Shown: in pieces, positions 1 through 10,802 of the stretch | How positions within the stretch are numbered: the first letter of the stretch is position 1 | Layout: every line of letters starts with the position of its first letter | Origin: Paragordius varius | Lineage: Eukaryota > Animalia > Nematomorpha | NCBI GenBank assembly: GCA_964247055.1 | Contig: OZ176053.1 | Span: forward strand, 2,976,001-3,040,000 | Length of the DNA: 64,000 nt | Direction of reading: 5' to 3' | Notes under the pieces: generated by a model | What the model saw: only the letters and a program-made list of their open reading frames with translations | What the model was told of the DNA's origin: nothing | The model's database searches: none | Translations under genes and position numbers: made by a program

Positions 1-652
1 TTATAAATATATTATAATATGGGTAAAAGATTTAAGAGTTATGTATACTAAAATTTTTTTGATAACTATCTCAAGCTACGTAATAAAAAATGAGAACAAA
101 CCATTTATGGATATTAAAATTTATCGCTTATAGTTAATAACTTAGTGATTTTCGTATATATTAAAACAACTATATTTTAAATATAATAATCCATTTATAA
201 ATTAGTTAGAATCCCAAAAAACTCTTGCGAGCTAAAATCAAATTCTATAATAATTAAAATTTTCAGTACGATGATTCATTTTTAAAATTTACTCAAATTT
301 AGAAGATTTAAATTTTTATAAAAAAAGTATTACTCATAATATTGTGTCCTAATAGAAAAAAAACATACAATCAGTGTGTAATTCTACTTGGGGCATTAAT
401 GGTTTATTTAATATATGTTTATTCAACTTTTATACCAATTTTACCCCGCACTTGGGTATTAGTTTAAAGATTTTAGATAACTTATATTTTTTTCAAAAAA
501 TTAAGGATTTTAATTTTCAAAAGTTAAACCAAATAATATTTATTTAAAAGGCATCAAAATACATACATTTATGTCGCAATGCGGTATTAAAAAAAATAAA
601 ATTTTGCTAAATAAAATGTTTATAAAAGTATTTATAGGTTAAAAAAACGTAC

Positions 653-3600
653 CAGAATTTCCTTTAACAACATGGCTTATGGGTATTTCGTGGAAACGAT
701 GCTTTCGACAAAGGAATTCCATAACCTCGGCTGGACAGCTATATATCAAATCTCGCAAATTGCAATCAAAAAGGGTGTTTATAGACTCGTTTTGTTCACT
801 AAAATGCACATAAAAAAGGTTATTGGAAAAAATATGTTGTTGTGATAAAAGCGAGCTACACTAAAATATATATTATTTACACCTCGAATTTACCATTATA
901 CATTTCAAATACACTCTTAAATATTTCAGTTTTATACCTGATTAGAAATTCATCCAAAAAATAAATTGTGTTTTTGGGATATTTAAACTTATATTGATAT
1001 AAAATATTTTTTATGGCATAATATATTTTTTTCTAGATGTTAATTTTAAACAAGATTAAATTTTTTAAAATTCCGAAAAAAATAAGATAATTTTTATTAT
1101 ATTTAAAAACAAATAATTTATTTAATGTTAGGGGTGAAATTTAATGGTTCAAAGGTATATTCGAGTAGTTTTTTAATGTTAAAGGTGAATTTGAGATGTA
1201 AATGGTATAATTTAGTTTAATTTTGATGAACAAATCAAAAATCTCATCAAAAATAAAAGTATAGGCATATTTTTTTTCATAATTAATTTAGTCATAAATT
1301 AAAAATAATTTTCTCACATAATTAATGCTTACAATCCTCGAAATAAATGGTATAAAATATAAAATTACTCTGACAAATTCATATCTCAACTCTGGTACTA
1401 TATTAAGCATTATAAATACTAACAATCAATGATAATAGTTATAAATGTTTAATTTGCAACACATGGCAAAAATGTTGGCAAATATTTACTTTATTGAAGG
1501 ATATTGTTTCACAATATGTTGGCAAAACGGATTATCCGGATGTTTTACATATTCATGATTACACATGGGATCCTCTAAATAAAAAATAGACCCATAAAAA
1601 TTATCTTATACTAAAGAAGTAATAATATAAACCTTGGGTGTAGTGATAAAAACAAGAAAAGGCTTAGCGTTCATGTGTTTCATTTTGTAAAAAAAATTAT
1701 ACTTCAATTATACCAAAGATTATCTGGTTTTTATCACATTAATTGATTCTTTTTCTTGTTTTTTGAAAAAAAACATTAAATCTCAATTTTTAAAAACCAA
1801 AAAAGTTTTTAAAATGCAAATCTTTCATATAAAACATTTAGCGAACCCTGATCAGATGCTGGAATTGTAGAATTAGGTTCATAAAAAATTGGTATATTTA
1901 GGCGCATCTCTTTGCGAAAAACACGAGTACACAGTAAAAAATCTTCCCTGTCAAGGCAAATAAAGCCAATCCATTCTTGGCGTCCAATTATGTTTTCCAA
2001 ATAGCAAAAAGCACCATCGTTTTGAGGATTAGTCTTAATCTATAATATACCATTTATAGTTCAAATCCACCCTTAAACAACAAATTCACCCTTGAACAAT
2101 TCAAATTATCCCTAAAAGAAATTATGTGTTTTTAAAATTCAAAAAATACCTATATTTTTTATATTTATAAAAAATAAAATTACGTATAAAATTAATATAA
2201 TACTAAAAAAATAATTAGGCCATAAGATTATATTTCTTATAAATAATCAGTTATATTAGGCCGAAAACACATAATTTATTTTTAGGGTGAATTCGAATTG
2301 TTCAAGGGTGAATTTGAATTGTAAATGGTAATATTAAATAATTTTCTTTATGATCAATGATTCATAGCATTGAGTTTTAAAGGTTAAAAAATAATTAACA
2401 GTTTGAAATCTAAAAAATGCAGTTATTCTCGTTATAAATGTAGCATATATAACTAAAACAAATTGAAGTTTACTGTTAAGATTAATTAAAAATGCTTAAA
2501 ATTTGGAAGAAATTTTTTTTTACATAAAATAAATTTGATTTTTGTAATTTGATTGTATATGAATATTAGATAAAATGTTTTTGACCAATTTATTTTATCA
2601 GAAAATATAAAATGGTAATCAAATGCTTACAGATTAAATTTCTTTTATAATTTTAACAAATGGTAGAAATAAAAAATCGGCTAAAAAAATATTAATGGGC
2701 TGGCTGTGCACTTACATTCAAACAAATGGGACCAATTATGGGCTTTCGTAACATGCTATTGGGTATGGCCGTATTTTGTACCCATTGATACGCACTATAA
2801 GCATCAGGAAATTTTTGTTTTATGCTTTGAATTCGATACGTTTCACGATTATTTGCACAATCTTGGATTTGAGCACATTCTAATTCCACATGAGAAAATA
2901 ATTAAAATCTAAAAATATCATACACATAATTTTTATCAAATAAATGTTATTCTGGTTATAGGCCTAAAAATAAAATTAATGTGTTTTATTTTGGATAATT
3001 TTCGTACAAAAAAATATTTTCGCTCATATTAAATAATTTTATTTATATTACCGTTATTTTCAACACATGCACAAGCAATTATCTTAAAAATATAATATAA
3101 AATTATATTATAAAAAATATAATTTTAAATTTTAGATAAAAAAAAATTATTTCAATTACTTTGTTTTTCAGCTGCTAATTCTACCAAACGCTTTTTTAGA
3201 TCTGCCTGTTCGGTTTCAATGTTAGCTTGTTTTGTGGCATATTCCCTTTTCTTTGCCATGAGCTCTTTTAACTTTGGCTAATTTAAATAAAAGTATATTA
3301 AAAATTAATATACTTTTTACTTGGAACAGAAAAAATAAGGATATTCTCATTCGCTAAATATCTTTGTATTTGAAGTCCAATACACAGCCGCAATAATAAT
3401 AATAAAAAATAATAAATTAGAGTCAAGGCATTTACAATTTGGTTAAAATTTGACGAATTTGACTGCTTATCATGACCAAAAACGTTATGATTCTTTTGTG
3501 AATTATTGCTAAAATATTTGTTTCAAGACACTTGTGTCACATAATGCGAAAAACTAATACAGAACTATATTTTATCAACGCTTTAAACTTTAAATCCCAA

Positions 3601-6600
3601 CAACAACTTTTTTTGTAGTTTATAAGTAAAAATTATTCCCTATTTACAGATGAATATAAAGTGGTGTGCTGATATATATTTATATCGAACAAAAAAAACT
3701 AAACCTTGCTAGCATCTTCTTGCATTTTTTCATTGGCTATTTGTTGTTCAAGTTCACGAGTTTCCTTAGTAAGGGCTTTTATCGCGTTTTGACTTAAGCG
3801 ACAAGTGTCAACCTTACATTCATAGTCTCGTTTAAGTCCATCAATCGTTACAGTTTGGAGGTTTGAAATATTTTCCCTTTGTTTCCGGAGTTGGCACATA
3901 AGATCCTCCATGTATTTTGTCTAAAGAATAAATATTATATTAGGATTTAGTTTAGTAAATTACAATATTTAGTCAATTTTAATGAATAATAGGATATAAA
4001 AATTTTAAATTAATAGGTTAAATGCAGGACCTCAAAAATATATATTTTCCGATTCTTACAATTATTTGATCCAATTGATTATATTTTTTATTTTTGCAAA
4101 TTTATTTTAATTTAATATGTTATTTTACACTGAACTATAATATACCATTTACTTTTCAAATTCACCCTTACACAATTCATTACCCTAATATAAATTAAGT
4201 GTTTTAAAGATTTAAAATTACCTAAATTGTTATATTAATAGAAAATGAAATTTAGTTTAAAATTAAAATAATGCTGAAAAAATAATAAATCATGCCATAA
4301 TATATTTCATACTAATATAATGAGTTGTATTGGTCCGAAAACACATATATTTTTAGGGTGAATTCGAATTGTAAATGGTATGACAAAAATAAACCTATCC
4401 ATAAAGGTAAAAGATAGAGAAAATAAATAAATTGATCATAAATGCAGCGAAAAAATTGGCTATTAAAAACATTTGTTTTGGTTTACATTCCTGATAACAA
4501 GCCTCTATAAACCAATTTTGTGAATTCGATTCTACATAATTTAATGATTTTTATTTGATAAATATACTTTGATAAACCGATTGTTTAATTAAAAATGTAA
4601 AATTTTATTGGATAAATGCATTTTTTTAATAATAAAACCAAATGTTGTACCTTAATTCGACAACGATCTTCCAGTATTTGAATATTTTTAGTAGTTTGAT
4701 CGCATAAATCCTGTTTTGTTTTACATTGTTCCTGTATTTTAGCATTTGATTTTTCCAACTCCTTGCATTCATTTGTTATTTGAATCAAATTGGTTCGATA
4801 TTCACGATATGTCTAAATTATAAGCAATAATATAATGAAAGGTAATACAGAAATAAATGTTAAAAATTTAACATTTAAATATATACTTTTGACAAAAATT
4901 CGAGTATAGCTACCCAAAAAATATTTATTATGGTTACCAATTGAGCCACTAAAAAAATAAAACTAACAGATATCAAAATAAATAATTGATATAATTATTG
5001 AATTCTCAAATGATAGGGTTTGTTTAATGGCATATGGATTTTTATGATAATCTAATCAATTAATACCATTAACAAAAATATTTTTATCCAGAAAACAATA
5101 TTAACCAATAAAATGGCCTTAATAGTGTGGTGATGAATTTGTCATGACAAATAGAACGATAGGTAAATAAATTATAAAATTTACACAGTACAATAATTTT
5201 AGTTTTATTTGCAATATAATTTACGTAATAAATTTGTTAAAAATTGATTGGAAATTGGTATCATATTCAAAAGGGATTAATAATAAACAATAATCGCAAA
5301 TAATATTTTAATTATCTTTTTTTGGCTAATATTGGATCAAGGCGCGGTTGCCTTATAACTTTGTATTCAATTCATAAAATTAAAAAAATATTTTTGATAT
5401 TACAACCATTAGAACGTTTTAAATTAATTTATAAAGGACAATATCTTGTATTGGAATAATAATGAATATTAAAATTCATTCGTTTAGCATATAAAATAAA
5501 GTAAACATCTTGGATGGTAACACTTATTTTTCAAAAAACCCAAATATATAACATGCAATCATATAAAATTTGCTTAAAAAATCCAATTACATAATAAATA
5601 AGAGAAATAAAAAAGCAAATTTTTTTAGCATACCTATGTTAAAACAATATCATATTTATGTTTCATATCAGATAAAATTAATCTATAAGATATATAAACT
5701 ATATGATTTAGTTATTTAACGAAACCACAACATAAAAATAGTAAAATTACTTATACATAAAACAAACAAATGCCTTTTTTTGATAAACAATTTATTAATA
5801 TTAAATTACTTTTCACATCTCTCTAATTGATATAGTAGGTTACATATTTATATAGCGAAAAATGTTTTGGATAATGATGATGTAGTTAAAATTTTTGAAA
5901 AAAAAATATTATGAAAAAATATTTATAATGTATCCGAAAATGCAAAAATTCCCTTGATAAGTAATAAAAAAATATTTTTCAATGGACTACGTCAATGGAT
6001 CACAGGAATGATTTATTAATTTTTTAACACTCATAACGTTTTGAATTTGTTTAATATACCAGAGTGATTTGAAATTTATAAATCTTCAAAGTATTTAAGG
6101 TATTAAGCCAAATTTTAAAATATCTTTAGCCTTTAAGGCGCCTAAAACAAATTTTTTTTTTAAAAAAATGTAAAATTATAAAAATTCTCAACTCAAACTT
6201 TTTCGTCGCCATTTTTTTCTTTAATTAACTAAATTGCTAATAAAATAGACAAATAATGGTAATGGTTAGACAATAAAACTAATAAACCTTAGTAGGCTTT
6301 TAGGTTGCATTTTACCGCAAAACTTGATATTGATTGATATTAAATTCAGCTGATAAATTCAATATATTTTAGACTATATAAGTTACAAAACTGCAATAGA
6401 TATTCTTATCTAATACAGGAAAACGATGTTAGGTAATTAAATTTTTACTAAAATAACTTAAAGAGTAATTTATTTACAACTGGATAAAACCACTCCAATA
6501 TGTCATCGCGGACAAGAATGTGAAAAGGTCATGAAGTGTTAATTAGGAATAGCAACTATATTAGATAACTAGCAATTTTTCAAAATGATTTTGCTATAAA

Positions 6601-8059
6601 TTAATAAATAACACTTGAATAAAATATTATAATCGATCTTATAAAAACTTACAATATGAAAAAAATATAAGCAATATTAACACTTGGATTTTTAGTCCTT
6701 CGATTCAAATTGGGGTAGTTGGATACCCCAGGCCTGTTTAAAATCAAATACTTTAAAAAGTATGGAAGAAATAGAAACCATGGCAAAATTTTGCACTTAC
6801 ATAACATTAATAAACCGAAATATATAAAAAATTTTATTCAAAAAAGCTAAAACTGAAAGGTAAAAATTTCGTCAACGTGATATGTTTGAAATGGTAAAAT
6901 TAAAAAATAATACAAAATAAACCATTTTTCCTTTTTCTATCAATGTTAGATGTGATTTAAATAAAAAATTAGCTTTTATTTTTGTTTTAAAATCAAATAA
7001 ACACGATATTTTGCAAAAGTACTGTAAAATAAAAATGGCGTCGAAGTAGTTTGATATGGAACTTTTTTTTCAAAACCAAATTTTATTTAGGGATTTCGGC
7101 TTATTTATATAATTTTGATTAGGATAAAAGCATAAATTTAAATTAAGACCATTTCTTTCAGTAGTTTTTAATAAATATTAATTTTAATTTAGTCTGGGGT
7201 ATTTAGATACCCCAATTTGAATCGAAGTGTTAAAAAAATTACCATCCAATGCATTTTCTTTTTCATCAAATCTATTTTTTCAATATATTTTCGTTTGTTG
7301 TTAAAAGCTTCAATCTCCTTGTCAAGATTCAAATTTTGTTTTTTCTTGCCATCTTAATTTTAAATTTTTTATTATTTTAAAAGCATTACTTAAGATATTC
7401 AATGATTCCTTCATATTTATCATAATATTTTTACAATTTCCCAAATTGTCTTCCAATATTTTGCGCATTTTAATAATTTTTACATTCCCTATCTAATCGT
7501 TAAATATAATTTTTATACAGCTTTCTCAGTATTAATTAACAATTCTAACGGATTCATTTTGGCAAAATCAGCGACCCTATCTTGCGGCAAAAATTGACAT
7601 AAATTTTCCACATCAATCTTGTATTTATCAGTTAAGTCTTGAATCTTAAACAATTATATACATATAAAAAAATACGTCTTTTTGTGTTACATGCTTATAA
7701 TCTATGGTCCATTTAGATGCATCTTTAGTTATAATACGTGATATGATTGAATTAAGGCCTTTTGAATTATATCTAAAACATGATTAACATGTAAATAAAA
7801 CAATTCAATCTCCAAATATGCCTTAGTTTTTCCATATTGTATGAAGGAGGAAATTTGTTTCCCACGATTTATAAACGATGTTTTGCCATTCAAAACAAAC
7901 AAAATCCCATTAAACATAGACGATTTACCGGTCCCATTCGAACCTGAAACAATGTTTAAACTACGATTGGGAAAATATTCGGCATAATCATATGTGCTAA
8001 ATTTTACATAAATAAAACCAAAAATTTTTGAAAACGAATCTCACAATGTGTCCATCCAT
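653..8059 (-). CDS. SMC5: Structural maintenance of chromosomes 5 (SMC5), 5' ~585 codons; gene continues off the left edge. Exons (minus): 8059-8019, 7996-7802, 7772-7676, 7644-7519, 7492-7390, 7352-7243, 4812-4651, 3920-3705, 3277-3160, 2879-2716, 2039-1847, 1574-1490 (tentative), 798-653
   Basis: Spliced translation gives MDGHIVRFVFKNFCTYD...GSNGTGKSS (Walker A), NLCQFLPQDRV (SMC5/6 Q-loop), a coiled coil, and hinge motifs FPDAYSAYQW...PIIGPI and LRDLI...EVMEFLC...HEIP. All joins are GT-AG with consistent phases. ORF-track fragments 7729-7917, 4585-4788, 3699-3911, 2692-2889 and 1809-2000 are its exons. The hinge exon joins are less certain. Confidence 0.92.
2048..2330. mobile_element. TA-target MITE family F (other copies 891-1207, 4143-4380, 54385-56401 with nested inserts)
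   Basis: TIR TACCATTTACAATTC(G/A)AATTCACCC with 21-bp units CAATTCGAATTCACCCTTGAA. Confidence 0.8.
6028..6538. mobile_element. piggyBac-like MITE family B (other copies ~12250-12742, ~20550-21060, ~26465-27690, ~52670-53145, 59713-60225)
   Basis: TTAA|CACT(T)CAT...ATG(A)AGTG|TTAA ends; shared internal sequence among copies. Confidence 0.75.
6681..7229. mobile_element. piggyBac-like MITE family A (other copies ~11237-11735, 23783-24315, ~31480-31980, 38043-38579, 38991-39564, 58607-59160)
   Basis: TTAA|CACTT...AAGTG|TTAA ends, with a subterminal inverted repeat CGATTCAAATTGGGGTA..TACCCCAG set off by an asymmetric spacer, as in piggyBac termini. Confidence 0.85.
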
Positions 8060-8190
8060 CCATTCAAATACACCGCCATTTATTTTAAAATCATAAGATC
8101 AGTGCTAAGCACACATGTAAAAAATTGAGCACTATAAAAAATTTATTTATTTATAAATGCGAATAATTATATTTAACAATGTTATGCGAT

Positions 8191-9210
8191 TCAAAATCGA
8201 CAGAATTCATGATAAGGTTCGAGTGTGCGAAAATCTCGCCAAACAGGAGGCATGTAATCTTTTAAAATCTTGCCACATTTTTTACAGGGTGAATTAAATA
8301 GCGTTGAAAAACTATGCAACCAAGTCATAAAAGATTTTATAGCCAGTTCTGGTATAAGTGGTGAATAAAAATGTAACATAGCTGCTTGAGCGTAATCTGT
8401 TATTTTCTGAAATATTTTAAATTTTGATGGAATCCAAATATCTGATTGATTATCCGAAGTTTTGCTGTAATCTGTGTCTGGAACACTGCTCCAAAAATAT
8501 TGATTGTCTAAATTCCTTTCAACCAATGTTGCAAAAACTGGATCTGGGTGTTTGGAATAATTTAAATTCATGAGTTGAATTTCGTTTTCACATGTTTCCA
8601 TGTTAGGATTAAAATCGTGATGAGCTAAAAATGTTTCTTCAAAACTTCGAACATTTACCGATTCAATAATTAAACTTTTAAGCTTAATTTTTGCTCTTAA
8701 AACATTGTTAATAACGATGTCTAGACTCACACAATTGGAATTTACCATATTTTTTTCCATTTGAATGGACATATCTGTAAAAAGACGATTTAAATTGGAA
8801 ATGACATAATCAATCAATTGAGAAGGCGCATTATACAAAGTGGAAGATTTTTTCTGGTTTTGTGTCGATCTTTTTAGTGAATTTTGAGTCAACAAAGATG
8901 ATGCAAATGCGCTTTTCTCTGCCAAACTGTTTGTCCATTTATATGTTCTTAAAATATTGTTATATAAATCTAATTTGTCTGTATCTTGCTTCAATATGGA
9001 TAAAGTTCCAGAATTTGTTGGTATAGTTTCAATAAATTTTAATCTGGATTCTAAGTCTTGATATTCTTTGCCAATGTTTGCAATTATTTTTTGAAAATTC
9101 TCAACATTATTTTCTCTTGTTAATTTATTCAATGATAGTTTTAATTGATTTAAACCCAATAATATATTGTTTATATTTGATTCCTCCATAAAATTTAAAT
9201 TTAATATCAT
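8191..9210 (-). CDS. MED27: Mediator complex subunit 27, intronless, 339 aa
   Basis: Single ORF with the MED27 C-terminus DIW..S.F.IFQKITDYA..AMLHF...SF..WL.S...LF..PC.KCGK.L....PP.WRDFRTLE.YH..CR. Confidence 0.95.
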   Translation of the reverse strand: MILNLNFMEESNINNILLGLNQLKLSLNKLTRENNVENFQKIIANIGKEYQDLESRLKFIETIPTNSGTLSILKQDTDKLDLYNNILRTYKWTNSLAEKSAFASSLLTQNSLKRSTQNQKKSSTLYNAPSQLIDYVISNLNRLFTDMSIQMEKNMVNSNCVSLDIVINNVLRAKIKLKSLIIESVNVRSFEETFLAHHDFNPNMETCENEIQLMNLNYSKHPDPVFATLVERNLDNQYFWSSVPDTDYSKTSDNQSDIWIPSKFKIFQKITDYAQAAMLHFYSPLIPELAIKSFMTWLHSFSTLFNSPCKKCGKILKDYMPPVWRDFRTLEPYHEFCRF

Positions 9211-9476
9211 TCATTCATAAAATAGTCCAATTTAAACACCTAATGGAATAATTATAACACCTATGTGGCTTTCAACACATACTAAAAAAATATTTTTTAT
9301 AATTTATTAATCAAAGAATAATCGCGATCATATTTTATATATGATTAAAATTATAAATGCATTCAATATTATTGATAAGCAACATTCAACAATTTTTTAA
9401 AATATTTGGTAAATATAGTAGTGCTATTAGGCGCAGAGAATTATAATTATATGTCTTGTTAGCAGGAATTTTTATA

Positions 9477-10802
9477 TTATGTATAATTCGAATTAGTATG
9501 GTAAGGAGGCTGTGTCACATTTAAAATATCATTGTTCCTTGTTAAAATAGTATTTTCCGTTAATGGTAATTGTGTATGTGTAATATTGGAGCGAACCCAT
9601 TCACCCATATCAAAATCTTCCAACATACTCCGTTGAATAAAGGGATGTTCCATTAAAGCTTTAAGATCGGCCCGTTCTTTGGGGTTTTTAATAAGGCAAC
9701 AATTGACAAAATCCACGAACTCGGGAGAAAAGAGACATGCAGGAAGGGATGGGGGTTCTTCACAAACTATATAGTCTAGGAGCTCAAATATAGACATTTT
9801 TTGAGATGGGAGGGAATAATCTATAACTTCTTCATCAATAGCCATATTATTATTATTATCTGTATTATTTGTATTAATAGTAACAAGATCGGTGATAGGA
9901 GATGTAAGACTAGTTGTTTGTTCAATTGTGGGATTTTTATTCGCCTCTTCCCTAGCAAACTTGCGAATTAGCGCATCAAGTTCTGGTTCAGTGATTGGTG
10001 GGATGGGATATCGACCGATTGCCATTTCAACCAAACTCAAACCTAAGGACCAAATATCGCTTTGAACCGTATATTGATGGCCTTCAAGACGTTCAGGGGC
10101 CATGTAAGATCGTGTCCCAACAAATGTATTTGCCATAGAATCGATGAGTTGTCCACTGACACCGAAGTCACACATTTTAATTTCGCCACGTGAGTTAACC
10201 AATATGTTTGAGGGCTTAACATCCCTATGTATGATTTGATGTTTATCCCTGAGATAAGTTAAACCTTTGATTACTGCTATGGTGATTTTACCTAAAATGT
10301 TTTCAGGGATTCTTCCCAGCTTTTTTTGCACTAAATCTAAGGATCCACCATCCATGTACTCCATACATACATTTATTTCACGATCATTGTAAAATGCTCC
10401 GTAAAATCCTACAATATGAGGGGAATTACATTCATGCAAAACTTTGAGCTCACGTAATATTTTGATGCGAATATCGGCTTTTACTTCAAGATGAATCATT
10501 TTACGAGCCATTATGGTTCCTGTAGGCTTATGTAAAACTTTCGTTACAACACCTCCATTCCCAGCACCAAGTTCACCCAGCACCTCGAAATCATCAGGAT
10601 GTAATTCGCCTATTCGGGATTTTTGTTTGAAAAACAATTCTAATCTGTTGCGTTCAATATCATCTATATCTAATTCCGATAATCTTTTCTGAAGTTTCTC
10701 AAAATTTTTTGTAGTATCTTTATTTTCGCTGATAATGTTGTTCTTGTTGGCATCGGTAGACGGTAAAGTCAAATTGAATTTGTTCTTGGGATTTTTTTGC
10801 AT
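9477..10802 (-). CDS. MAP2K1: Dual-specificity MAP kinase kinase MEK1/2 (Dsor1-like), intronless, 441 aa
   Basis: N-terminal D-motif (KNKFNLTL), NES-like helix, [71 protein letters not shown]. Confidence 0.97.
   Translation of the reverse strand: MQKNPKNKFNLTLPSTDANKNNIISENKDTTKNFEKLQKRLSELDIDDIERNRLELFFKQKSRIGELHPDDFEVLGELGAGNGGVVTKVLHKPTGTIMARKMIHLEVKADIRIKILRELKVLHECNSPHIVGFYGAFYNDREINVCMEYMDGGSLDLVQKKLGRIPENILGKITIAVIKGLTYLRDKHQIIHRDVKPSNILVNSRGEIKMCDFGVSGQLIDSMANTFVGTRSYMAPERLEGHQYTVQSDIWSLGLSLVEMAIGRYPIPPITEPELDALIRKFAREEANKNPTIEQTTSLTSPITDLVTINTNNTDNNNNMAIDEEVIDYSLPSQKMSIFELLDYIVCEEPPSLPACLFSPEFVDFVNCCLIKNPKERADLKALMEHPFIQRSMLEDFDMGEWVRSNITHTQLPLTENTILTRNNDILNVTQPPYHTNSNYT

Noticed and set aside
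1-652. Further SMC5 exons at the left edge
   Set aside because: Several AG/GT-bounded candidates exist, but none gave a convincing in-phase, homologous peptide; left unannotated.
8041-8079. Upstream ATGGCG as the SMC5 start
   Set aside because: It is out of frame, hits TGA after 12 codons, and no intron rescues it; ATG at 8059 gives MDGHIVRF matching the SMC5 N-terminus.
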